Below, one piece after another: positions 43,301 through 56,044 of a DNA stretch of 64,000 nt (positions are counted from its first letter, which is position 1; the number at the start of each line of letters is the position of its first letter). The DNA comes from Octopus sinensis (taxonomy: Eukaryota), in assembly GCF_006345805.1 (NCBI RefSeq), contig NC_043005.1, positions 66,898,001 through 66,962,000 on the forward strand. The letters are read 5' to 3'. The translations under genes were made by a program, and so were the position numbers. The notes under the pieces were generated by a model that had not been told where the DNA came from, ran no database searches, and worked only from the letters and a program-made list of their open reading frames with translations.

Positions 43301-43624
43301 AAAGTCGTAATCACTCTTTAATTGCTTGTATACTCTAAGAATACTAGCATATATACTCTCTTAAATCTGGTAACGATTATTTTTATGTAATAAGTTCAAA
43401 GGATTAATTTTCTAACATATTTATCTGATGTTCATCCTGATGACAGTTTTGGCAAAATACATAGTGGTGTTAGCGGTGGCACGAAATATCAGTGGATATA
43501 ATTATTCACTATTTTTTACATCGGAGGGAACGTATTCCGTCTTCAATGTGGCGGTATGACGAGACCCAAAAAGTTGATATATAAAATCTATGTATCCAAA
43601 AAGGATACATAAATAGGTATATAA

Positions 43625-43656
43625 ATTATATATATATATATATATATATAAGTATA

Positions 43657-43726
<70 letters not shown>

Positions 43727-43770
43727 TATATATGTATATGTATGTATGTATGTATATGCACGTATGTATA
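43625..43770. repeat. (TA)n/(TATG)n tract
   Basis: Directly visible. Confidence 0.93.
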
Positions 43771-43929
43771 TATCTATATATTACTGTGTTTGTGGACAAT
43801 CATTATGTTTTATTGCCTTAATATTTAACACACTCACCGGTTCGATTTCCACTCATTTACTTATATATGTTTTCTAACATTTGTGATTTGTGTTGCGCCT
43901 TGCAATCTTTTCAATTGTCATTGCGAGTG

Positions 43930-44890
43930 TGCATCTCATTCCCTCTTCTCCCTTACTCTCTTTCTCTCTTCTCTATTTCTCTCTGCTGCCTCACTCTCCT
44001 TCTCTCCTCTCCCCCTCCCTCATCCTTCTTCCCACCCAACTCTCCTCTCTTGCCCCAACTCCTACTTCTCTTCACTCCTACTCTCTTTCCCTCTTCTCTC
44101 TTACTCTCTTTCTCTCTTCCCCCTACTCTCTTTCTCTCTTTCTCTCCCCTCCTTCCCTCTTCCCTCTTACTCTCTTCCTCTCTTCTATCTTTCTCTCTGC
44201 TCTCTTACTTATTTCTCTCCTCTGTCCTCCTCTATTTCCTCACATACCCACCTTCTCCTCCACCCATAAACCCACCCACCCCTATACATCCCAACTCCAC
44301 CTTCCCTATCCTTCCCATCCCATCCCCCATACTATCCGACACCCCTCCCCCACATACCCCACACTCTACCTACCCACAAACCTCAACTCTACTCCAACCC
44401 ACAGTCGAACCTACACCCCACCTGTGCTTTCCCCACTATCGCCTCTCCCACCTCCCAACAACATCACACCACACCACACTACACCATACAACATTACACA
44501 TCACATCACAACACACCACGTACACACCCCACATCTTCACACCTATACATACATACACGCACACGTCCAGACCACCAGCCCTCTTTCACGCGCACATACA
44601 TACTCTCTTATACATACACGCGCCTTTGTGTTGGGGGTCATCTTTACCTTGTTATCTCCCCTACTTTCCTCCTCGTGTTTGAACCTTCTGTCCGGCACTA
44701 GTCATCATGATAGATCGTTAGCCACTATACACACTGTTTTTCTCTCCTTGTTTTTTCTGTGTCCCTTTCTGTAGAAGAGTGTAGGCTCGAAACGTAAAAG
44801 ACTTTTTCTATTCCTGAGCGTTATACTAATATATCTGTTTGTTTTGTACACCACCTGTCTTCGTCTTTTGCTTTTACGTAAACTCTCCCT
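43930..44890 (+). mobile_element. Longest copy of repeat family H: G-poor low-complexity tract plus conserved 3' end, terminating at (TA)n
   Basis: CT-rich then CA-rich tract (43930-44610), followed by ccttctgtccggca..catgatagatcgttagcc...gtaggctcgaaacgtaaaagac...aaactctccct+(TA)n. Layout resembles a PLE 3' UTR or retrozyme-like unit (inference). Left boundary uncertain. Confidence 0.6.
44765..44800 (+). ncRNA. Non-canonical hammerhead-like motif of family H
   Basis: cttt-CTGTAGA-a-gagt-gtag-gctc-GAA-acgt-A-aaag; see findings. A6 is replaced by U, so activity is unproven. Confidence 0.4.
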
Positions 44891-45085
44891 ATATATATAT
44901 ACATATCTATATAATATATAATATCTGTGTGTGTATGTTGGTGTGTCTCTGTTATTTCTACTAAGTTCCACATCAATTTCGTTGTTCCTGATGCTCTTTT
45001 CTATACAACTGGTATATTTGGCCGCAGTTAATATGGAATATATCACAGAAATACGAGGGGGTTTGTCATTGCTTTAAACCCGATT

Positions 45086-45156
<71 letters not shown>
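45086..45156. repeat. (CTA)n microsatellite
   Basis: Directly visible. Confidence 0.97.
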
Positions 45157-47196
45157 GTTGCTACTACTTCCTATTTTGTGATTATGCTTATCCATAACTT
45201 CATGGCAAGCATTTCACAAATAAGTTGAATTAGTTTTTAATACCAACAGAGAATTTTTACTACTTCGTTTATTGATTTCCTTGTCGCTTTTACACACACA
45301 CAAACAACAAACAGACACACACACACACCCAAACACACACACAGACACGCACGCACATAATGTCTGCACGAATTATTATTAAAAAATTATTTTTGTATCC
45401 TTGTGGCAAATGCTAGTAATTGTTATTTCTGATGTGAAATAAATATAATGAATAAAATAAATATATTTTTCAGATTAAACACACTCATTTCTACTTCGAA
45501 ATACACGATAGATATTTGCGTTTTTGCTTCTTATCAAAATTTAATAACAATACTATCTTCCTTGCAAGAGACGTAGCCAAAATTGTGCTTTACACAATAT
45601 TGTCATCATTAAATATATATAGATAGTCATTCCAATTATGGATGGAATTTAACCTGCCGCAAGATAATGTCTAGTAATTTAATGAATCTTACAATAAGCA
45701 TTATTCTGTTTTGCGTAGTTTATTTCAATTTTATCAGCGCCGCTTCATAAATACTACATTAAGAAGATAGTTTGAAGAAATATGTGACCATACACTTTGG
45801 AGTCTTGGTAACAATTCATACCTTTTCCTAGGGCCTCAACGCCAATTTCAGCGGATCAATGGATGAAAATTAAACCAATATTGTCTGTTTTCATCGGAAT
45901 ATGTGGTAGTTGTTAATAGATTTGAGAGTGCATTTACAATGCTTTATTTATTGCTAAAAGATATTTATAAAAATTTGGGGAAATATCAACGTAAGAATAA
46001 AATTGAAACTGAAAGAAAATCCGGACTATTCTAGTCTTGAAGTTAAAATTGTGCGACAGTATATGAGATATACGAATCTTGGTCTAAGTATTTTATATTC
46101 AAATTTCTTTGTTAAGACTTATTCCTGGCTGCAGTATTCAGTATGGCAGGGTTAGTAATATTACTAAATAAATATCGATGCAAATGAACGTGCAACAGTG
46201 ATACAAAGGGATAATATAGAGTGATATTGATTTTTATGTGACAATAAATGGACATTATTAGACGTAATGTTTTATATTTTATGTGTCAATGTAAGTACCG
46301 TATCTATTCATTCCAAACTATTCACCCATCTGGAAAGAAATATTACGTAAATGTGATACAGTGAATTGGCTGATTAAGTAACTTTTCTCTTCGATTTGTT
46401 CGTACAACGTATCAATATGAATAATGATACTAATAATTACTATACAACACTAAAGGTTCAACATTACATGCTTTCTTAACTTGTATTTCATGTGAGAAAT
46501 ACCATCCTAGAAAGCAAAAAAACACTCTGTTCCATATAAATGCTCCTCTGCCAAAGACTTCTATATTGAATTTCACTTAGACTGCTAATGATGTAAAGTA
46601 ACAAAAAATAAGTAAAATAATTCGATAGTTTTCAAGCTCGTCGGCCTTGAAACTCCAAAGCTATTATATCTACGAGAAGGAGACATTTTAGCATGTAATT
46701 ACAACAAACATACGCAAACATGTTTTTAATGCAACTTTTACGAGGAAATGAAGTCATTTACTTTCGTAAAGTGTTGGATACCATGTATTTTTATTTTATT
46801 ATTTAATTTCTGTTAGTGTTATTACATCCGGAATAAAATCTATATTACATGTCTTTTTTATGAAACAATCTCTAGTAAATGCACACAGGTTAGATACGCA
46901 AAACTGTAACAAGAACCGTAGGACGATATGAAAATAATACCTTGGGATCAGGCGAATAACGAATGATGGAGATCAACGATGAAGCAGAGAACTCTGACGA
47001 TGTGGCTTAGATGACGATGAATGCAAACACACAGCATGCGTTACTCTAATGCAAATGCTGTTATATAACTGTTATAGACAAATGATAAAACGACAATGAC
47101 AACGACAATGTCGATGATAGCATTTTAGCGGACAATAATAATGGAGAGAATATCAATGACGATGTGAAATACTAGTTCGGACTGTGAATAATATTC

Positions 47197-47363
47197 CAGG
47201 AGTAGCTGTGTGGTAAGTAGCTTGCTTACGAACCACATGGTCCCGGGTTCATTCCCACTGCGTGGCACCTTGGGCAAGTGTCTTCTACTATAGCCTCGGG
47301 CCGACCAAAGCCTTGTGAGTGGATTTGGTAGACGGAAACTGAAAGACGCCCGTCGTGTATATG

Positions 47364-47400
<37 letters not shown>

Positions 47401-47620
47401 CTGTGTGTATATATTTGTGCGTCTGTGTTTGTCCCCCAACATCGCTTGACAACCGATGGTGGGGAGTTTACGTCCCCGTAACTTAGCGGTTCGGCAAAAG
47501 AGACCGATAGAATAAGTACTAGGCTTACAAAGAATAAGTCCTGGGGTCGATTTGCTCGACTAAAGGCGGTGCTCCAGCATGGCCGCAGTCAAATGAGAAA
47601 AGAGAAAAGAGAGAAAGAGT
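47197..47620 (+). mobile_element. SINE family A, nearly full length
   Basis: Closely similar to 22447 and 37520; lacks the first few bases; tail is gagaaaagagaaaagag. Confidence 0.92.
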
Positions 47621-48929
47621 ATCCGTTGATGAATATTAACGCATGATCTATTCGTTTCATTATTATATATTTCTCTGAAATTAGACTCAACTCAAACACA
47701 AGAATTACAACATATGCAAAAGCAGGAGTTGTAATATCGAAGCTCACATATTAGTATTATCTCGATGATGAAGCCCAACTAAACAAAATCGTGAATTACA
47801 ACTGAATGGCTTATTTCCTCATCAACTGTTCATTGCATTTAGAATAATTATTCCACACATATTCCTGAGAGACTTGTTTCATGAATTTACATTTCCACTC
47901 AAGTGCTATTCATATATTTTAAAAAAACATTATTTTTAATAATGTATTTTGTATGTATAACAGGAATGCTTAATAGTATTTTTCACATCTTCCTAATAAT
48001 ATGTTGGATCTATATTATTTTACACTATTTCAGAAATTTACTTTTAACTAAAAATTCAATTAAGATAACAAAACAAATGCCTTAATAAACAACCAAATGA
48101 ATTGATAAACATGTTCTTCATTTGACAGCATTTGTAATAATTTAACGATAAAGGATAAAAATTGTGTACAAATAAAAATCTAATTAAGAAGACCACACTT
48201 TAAGGCTGTGTGTTAAGGACTAGATGAATCCGGTAAAATTATATATGAACTTAGTAATATTACATAATATACCGAAAGCCCTTTACTGCAGAAAAGCAAG
48301 GAAATTTTATTCTTATTCTTTATGATACACAATACTGAATTACTTTATAAAAGATATTTGTTTCTTCATGAAGCCATTATATCAATGAATATTAATGAAA
48401 TACTTCCTTGCAAGTTTAAATTTTCCATTGGTGTGTACTTTCAAAGCTAAGGCATTTCGTGCTGGAGAATATATATTTCTTAACCATTACTATAAACTCT
48501 TCAGAATTTGCTGGTGGTACTGATTCTTTATTCTCACTTTCTAGACGACGCAACCTTTATTCTATAAAACCACATTGTGTTCTAAACATAAACAGAAAAA
48601 TATTATGTCTTTTTGCATAAAAATCGAACAATCAATATCGGCATTTCATTTTCATCAGCCACAGATTTTGAAAATGGTCTTCCTGTTCCCGCACACTGGT
48701 GAAGAAATTTTGAATATTCTTTGTTTGGCAAGAGACGATGTAATAAAACTGAAGCAATTTCATTGTCGTGAATTCATGATAGATATTTGAAAAAGAAACA
48801 CGTATCACATAGGACGCAGTTTAAAAAAAAAAATTGTATAATACTAATACTATAAGCAAAATGAGACCATGTTTAAAGCACAGATCATGTGCACCACTGT
48901 CATGTATAGGTGTGTGTACATACGAGTGT

Positions 48930-49160
48930 AGACAACACACAGATGTGGTGTAGACAACAAACAGATGTATTAGTATAAAGCTCGCGAAGTGAAAAAGTCT
49001 TTAACGTTTCGAGCCTACGCTCTTACACAGAAAGGAGCACAGAAAGAAGCAAGGAGAGAAAATAAAGAATATGTAGAGGCTAGCGATCTATCATGGCGAA
49101 TGCCGGACAGAAGGGTCACACAGGAGAGCTAGGGAGAAGAGGAGATAATAAAGTGGTGGT
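48930..49160 (-). mobile_element. Repeat family H, 3' fragment
   Basis: Reverse complement ccttctgtccggcattcgccatgatagatcgctagcc...gagcgtaggctcgaaacgttaaagac...tatactaatacatctgtttgttg. Confidence 0.75.
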
Positions 49161-51063
49161 GATACATAGTCATATACACAACCATACACATGCGTATACA
49201 CAGACATATCTATAGATAGTGTGTATATGTGGGTATTGAAAATTTATATAATCCTTTCCATTGCATTTTCGATAGTAGACCTACGTTTATTACGCATTAT
49301 TACCACAATTCCTATATTAATAATGTTGCTCTGATTAAGATTTACATGGTATTTAGTTTCCATTCCACAAAACAGAGACCAACCTTTTAGAATCGATATG
49401 CGTGTGTGCACGTCCGTACGTGTATATGTGTATTTGTGTGTATGCGTGCGTGAGTGTGCAACACATGAAGCTAAATTATATGTAGAATGTGCCATTCCAA
49501 TTATCTGGAAGTATCTTTTGATGCAATTGATAATCTATTGAATCAAACTTAATGTCAGCTGAAAAGAACAGAGAGCAGTGATCATTTCTAGTTTGAAAAT
49601 AATTGTCTGCCGAAGAAGCCTCTATGCACTCGTATATCATATTAGCTCATAGTAATCATACTGGATGTAGTATATTCACTTCTTACAATATTATAAAGGG
49701 TCCATAAATACTAGTTTAACTCTAATTTTATTCAGTCTTCTTTGACTGTAAAACAATCTTTGCATAATCGTCGTATTATAGTATAGAGAATCATGGCATT
49801 TTAGACATTTTATACGGAAGTCAATGATAGTAATCTTTGAAACTATACTTCTTTGTCGAATAATAGGTTGCATAGCATGATCTACATAATTGGTCGGCTT
49901 AAACTACTGCCTTTGTATTCAAACCGTATAATAAATATTTCGTTTCATAGTCAATAAAGTGTAACAACTGGTCATTTTACTGGACCTATGCTTCACATCA
50001 TTGGAGTTTTAAGTGTGTAACGTCAATGTCACATAATAACAACGCAGTCCAACACCATTCTCAGTAAACTTTCATGACTTCTATATATTTTCCTAAATGT
50101 ATACATATATACAGAAAGATAGGAGTGATGGAAAGAGGAGAAATGGATGAAAATGCGGATCAATTTTCTAAGGTCTTACAACATTCAATCTTGTAAGATG
50201 CAATCTACACACTCATACACACACAAACACACAAACGCACACGCGTACACACACATACTCCAATGCACCAACGCATACATATGTGAATATAATGTTACAT
50301 AAAGCAAGCATATACATACACTCAAACTTGTAAATGCTTGCTGTACACCTGTGTGTGTGTTTGTGTAGGGATAGTTGCATGAATATCTGTGTCTGTAGAA
50401 TGAGAGAAACAGAGAGAGAGAGAGAGAGGGAGGGAGAGTCTGTGTGTGGTAGATACATAGATAAGTAGGGAATTGCTAAAATTGATTGCAGGGAAATAAC
50501 ACAGATGGTCATGTAAGTTAGTAAATGAGTTAAGTGACGAATACGGGAAAAACAATTTATAAAACTTGAAACTCGGAGACATTAAACAATACTTCCATGG
50601 GAATTATTTTCTACTCTGAAGCAAAACTAGAGGTCCTTTGTATAAAATAATATAGCTCAAGATTGTTACCTGGCCTGGAGAAGCTATCAAATATTCTTGA
50701 AGCATGAAAATATGCTTTTCTCTGAAACTCTTAGATTCTTGAAATTATCTCTCCATTTCCAGTAACGATAAATGCCAATTTTCATGAGGCCGTTTTTGCA
50801 TGCACGATTCAGAATAAAAAATATATATTCAGCTTTTTCATGGTTTTGATTTAATACTAAATTTGGTTATTAATATTACAGTTCACCGAGTTTCACAGAA
50901 TAGTTCATTTCTTAAGTATCTGTTATAAAACTAAATTTCAGAATAGTGACAAATAAGAGCATTGAAATTAAGGTGTGTAAACGATTACCATTTTTTCTCG
51001 AATCCAAATTTTATAATTGTGGTTCCTGTATTTTCTAATGTAATGTAAAGTCTTAGTTTCAAA

Positions 51064-51632
51064 TTTTGGCACAGAGCCGGCAATTATTTCAGGGTGGTGT
51101 ATCAGTGAATTACTTAGACCCTAATGAACAAATGGTACTTATTTCATGAAGCCCGAAATGACGAAAGGCAAAGTTGACCTCGGTGGAATTTAAACTTAGA
51201 ATGTAAAGCGCAGACAAAATGCTTATTTCTTTACTACCCACAAGGGGCTAAATACAGAGATGATAAACAAGGACAGACAAACGGATTAAGTCGATTATAT
51301 CGACCCCAGTGCGTAACTGGTATTATTTCATCGACCCCGAAGGGATGAAAGCCAAAGTCGACCTTGGCGCAATTTGAACACAGAACGTAGCGGCAGACGA
51401 AATACCTATTTCTTTACTACCCACAAGGGGCTCAACACAGAGATGATAAACAAGGACAGACAAGCGGATTAAGTCGATTATATCAACACCAGTGCGTAAC
51501 TGGTGCTTAATTTATCGACCCCGAAAGGATGAAAGGCAAAGTCGACCTCGGCGGAATTTGAACTCAGAACGCAGCGGCGGACGAAGTACCATAAAGCATT
51601 TCGCTCGGCGTCCTATTCTATTATCTCACCGC
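51064..51632 (-). mobile_element. Tandem trimer of SINE family B units
   Basis: Units at about 51064-51222, 51223-51406 and 51407-51632, each with gaaaggcaaagt(c/t)gacct(c/t)gg...aatttgaac; the last two repeat with a period of about 184 bp. Confidence 0.88.
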
Positions 51633-52370
51633 TTTGGGTTATTAGTAGCTAATTGAAAAAAAACTGCTGTACAAGAAATTCGCGGAAAAATATATATTGG
51701 AAATAAAATTTAGTAATGAATCTTAAAGTAAAATATTTTTAGAAAGATTACCAAGAGAAATGTTATTTTTACAATGTCTATTTTGAAAGGTTCAATATTC
51801 AGAGGACAAAGATTAGTTTGATAACTAGCTAATTGTTTAATTAGCCTTTCGTTGCAGAAAGAACTGAGATTTTTATATTTTAAGCCATGCAATAATGCAA
51901 AGCAAAAATAAAAGAAAAGAGGAATCCGACTCCTTCAGCATATTTAAAAAGTTCACCATGTCTTCTATATCATTTCCGATTCGTTGACTGAATTTTCAAT
52001 AGTAAGAGAAATGTGGTACATGGAAATTTAAAACAGCGCGTTGTTTTTTTCTTTGCATGTGTACATGTGTGCATGTATATGCGTTTGAGTGTATGTATGC
52101 ATATATATATATAGTGCTGAAAATGAATACTTATCTAGACATAAAAGGAAAGAATATTCATTGAATATTGGACTCATTACCATCATGGATCAAGTCTAGT
52201 ACGTTTCATAATTTTATTAACAGTTATTCCAATACTTCGTGTGAATAGGCTAAATAGTTGACGAAAATAGGAAACACGAAATCATTGCCCATAAAAGATA
52301 GACGATATATATCTAGCTACCATCCACCTATTGTGCATCAGTATATATGTATATACATACATGTATATAT

Positions 52371-53277
52371 ATATAACTTAGAATAACTTAGAAAGGTTTT
52401 TGGCCAGTATTGGCCCAGGCCATGTCTAACTTAATAGCACCACCTGACGAAGTCTTTCAGTTCAGGATTTGGGCACCAAGGCCCATTCGAGCAGAGAGTT
52501 ATTGTTTGCGGAGACATATCCGGGTGTGGGTGGTTTGTCCGGTACTGTTTGAAGGAATTTGTCCAAAGACTTCTTGAATTTTGTGTGGTCAGTTTCTTTT
52601 TTGACGTGTCCTGGTGTAATGTTGAAGAGAGCGGGTCCAATTGAGGTGAAATAGTTGTGCCGTATTGTCGTTATGTGATGCGATTTAGATTTTTGTTGTG
52701 GACGGATGGCACGTGGTCCAAGCCTTGGATGCATTTTGAAGGTGATGCCAACATCATTCGGACAGTGCTGATGGAATATTTTCCACATCATACAGATAAT
52801 GTAGCGTTCACGGCGTCGTTGGAGTGAATACAATTTCAGCTTCTCTAGTCTACCCCAGTAGTCAAGGTCTGACATGCCATCTATCTTTTTTGTGATTGAC
52901 CTTTGGGGAGCTTCAATTCTCATAATATTTTGTTTTGTGTAGGGAGACCACAGTGGACAGCAGTATTCAAGGTGGGGTCGGGCAAAAGTGGAGAAGAGAA
53001 GGATAATAGCGTGGGAATCTCTCGACTGGAAGGTTCTGAGAATCCAGGAACACATTCTGCGGGCCATGTCAACTTTGCTGCTTATATGTGTAGCCCAGCT
53101 TATGTTGTTGTCCACTGTTACTCCCAGGTCTCTGATGTTGTTGGATGCCATGAGAATTTCTCCAGAAGGAAGAGAGTATGGGAGTTTCAGAGCGTCCTCC
53201 CTTCCAAAGTGGATCAGTTCGAATTTGTCTTCATTTAGCAACATGTTATTCTGTTCCGCCCATTGGACAACAACATC
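52371..53277 (-). mobile_element. 5'-truncated CR1/L2-group LINE: RT C-terminal region, 3' UTR and tandem tail
   Basis: Uninterrupted frame [25 protein letters not shown]...IRDLGVTVD...[14 protein letters not shown]...LYSLQRRRERY, typical of the CR1-group ORF2 C-terminus; tail ctaagttattctaagttat; both ends lie in TA-rich tracts. Confidence 0.92.
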
Positions 53278-53327
<50 letters not shown>

Positions 53328-53462
53328 CATACATATACATATATATATATATACATAATTACATATATGTATATATATGTATACATATATATACATACAT
53401 ATATATATATATGTATATATATGTATACATCTATATATATATATATATATATATATATGCAT

Positions 53463-53495
<33 letters not shown>

Positions 53496-53516
53496 CATAT
53501 ATACATACATACATAC

Positions 53517-53572
<56 letters not shown>

Positions 53573-53590
53573 ATATATACATGCATATAT
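53278..53590. repeat. Long interrupted (TA)n/(TACA)n tract
   Basis: Directly visible; it supplies the false N-terminus of ORF 52462-53340. Confidence 0.95.
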
Positions 53591-54266
53591 ATCCGCATGG
53601 TAATTTGTCGCGTTGTGTTAATTTGTACATTGTGCATCTCGATCACGTGTGATAAATATTGTTTGTGGCGAGTACGTGAAAGGGGCACGATTGTACTTGA
53701 AAGGGAATCAAACTAATCTACCAGCAGGCAAACTAGGGCTATATATTCTGTGATTGTGCATGAGCAGGTTAGGTCTAGGCGGCAAATAACTAGATCTATC
53801 AGTTTTCCAGGAAAAAAAAAAGCTTCAACTGAGCTTTGCAAGACATGCAGTTCTACTTGGGGTCGTTCTGATTATAAGGTCCAAGCAAAAATCTATGCCT
53901 AGCGACAGCATGTCACAAGCCATGAACACAAGTTAGTAATCCAAGATCTTCCTCGGTGGTATCTTCATGAATAGATGGCAATCTCATTCTCTAGTTATCA
54001 TAATAAAACATTACTAATGAAATATTTTCAAAGCAAATTATCAATATATTTTTTTCTAAGTATTGGTGAGTAATGTTAAATGTGTGTGTGAAAGAGGTCT
54101 ATGCTTAACCCAAATTACATAGCCATTTTCTTTAATTTTCTTTAACACACACTTCTTATATTTGCTCACTATGTATATGTACACACACAGACAGACACAC
54201 TCACACACACGGACACACACACATACGCACATTTATCTATATATATATATATGTGTGTGTGTGTGA

Positions 54267-54303
<37 letters not shown>

Positions 54304-54348
54304 TGCATATATATGTATAAATTTATGTACGTATAACAAGTAATATAC

Positions 54349-54421
<73 letters not shown>

Positions 54422-55439
54422 ATGTGTGTGTGTGTGTGTGAGTGAATTGCTTTATCTGAGCAACGCTTCGGTAATGGATGCATTTCCTATCATAAATTAT
54501 GCAAAACTGAAACCTACGAAATAGTGATGTGATTTCTAAATATTATTATGTGGTTTGATTTTATTATTGCAACTATATATATACATACAATTATTTTATG
54601 TATATTTGAATGTCTCTTCTTTTAACGTGTATTATATTTGTATTCACTATACCTATTGTCGTTATGACTTCTGTAAATAAAGACTTAATTCATTGATATG
54701 GGCATCTTAATATTGCACCTCACTATCAGCAAACTATTTCTAGGAAATATTAATGGAATGCGGGAATAGCAATCTAGTAGATAGAGAAGGCGATTTCAAG
54801 AGACCGATAAGTAAAAGCACATAATTTCTGGTCTTCGAAGGCGATATAAAGGTGGCAGTTTGTTATCAGTACCTTCAAAGTTATATACTTTGTTCTCCAT
54901 GCATTTTTTTAATATTTCAGTTGTTACTCAAATTAAAACGGAATGGCGTTTCTTCTCTCGTATATTCAACGTGCAGATATATTAATGAAATGTTTTGTTG
55001 GCTATCGACAAATACACTACGAGGCTTTAGATAGTATTTTATTAAGCTTATTTACTGTATTACTTGGTTTAACTCTTATTAAATGATTATGATGGTGGAG
55101 AAGGCTTTACAATTTTCTTTTCATGTATACTACGCAATTGCCTCGTCAAATTCGGTTTCAGCGGAATTCAATTGGAATAACTTATGATTAAATTAAGTGA
55201 TAGGAATTACTATGTGCATCATAAAATCTATGAAATAGGATATCTTTATTTATAACAATGCGAAAGACCAGCAATGTTAAACGCAATTTCATCAACATTT
55301 TATAGAATTGTAAGAATTGAAGCATTGTAAAATTGAAATGTAGATGATTTGGGTCTCCACTGATGTTGAAATATGTATTTATCCGTATATACAATATGGT
55401 AGTTAAATTAAATAACGACACTAGATTATATGTAGCACG

Positions 55440-55745
<306 letters not shown>

Positions 55746-55922
55746 AGATACCGAATGTTTAACTCATGATTAACTGTTCTCTGACCCGTCATCAGAAGAT
55801 ATTTCACCTTTATTCAATAGTAAATAGCTATGGATAACCAACACAAAGGACAACACAGATGTAATTCATAATTTGCGTAGAAGATAATTTCATTAACTAA
55901 TTAATTAACATTTCATACATTA

Positions 55923-56037
55923 TGTGGAAGAATAGTGAGTTAGTGGTTTGGTTATTCGGCTCACGATCATAATTTCCATTCCCAGCGAGGCGTTGTGTCC
56001 ATAAGCATGACATTTCTTTTGACGCTGCTTCAGTCCA
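55923..56037 (+). mobile_element. Decayed SINE family C head
   Basis: gtggaag...gagttagtggtt...ttcggctcacgatc...gttgtgtccataagcatgacatttc..tgacgctgcttcagtcca aligns loosely with 28576 and 35772. Confidence 0.5.
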
Positions 56038-56044
56038 GGCTACT

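Noticed and set aside
43431-43497. ctgatga...cgaaatatc hammerhead-like string
   Set aside because: No NUH triplet in register and no clear helix II; may be a decayed motif but is unsupported.
43867-44774. Three overlapping 128-294 aa Ser/Leu/Pro/His-rich ORFs
   Set aside because: The G-poor low-complexity strand rarely forms stop codons; open in several frames at once, with no domain.
51223-51632. Repeat array considered as CRISPR-like or satellite
   Set aside because: Units are whole SINE monomers with no unique spacers, in a eukaryotic context.
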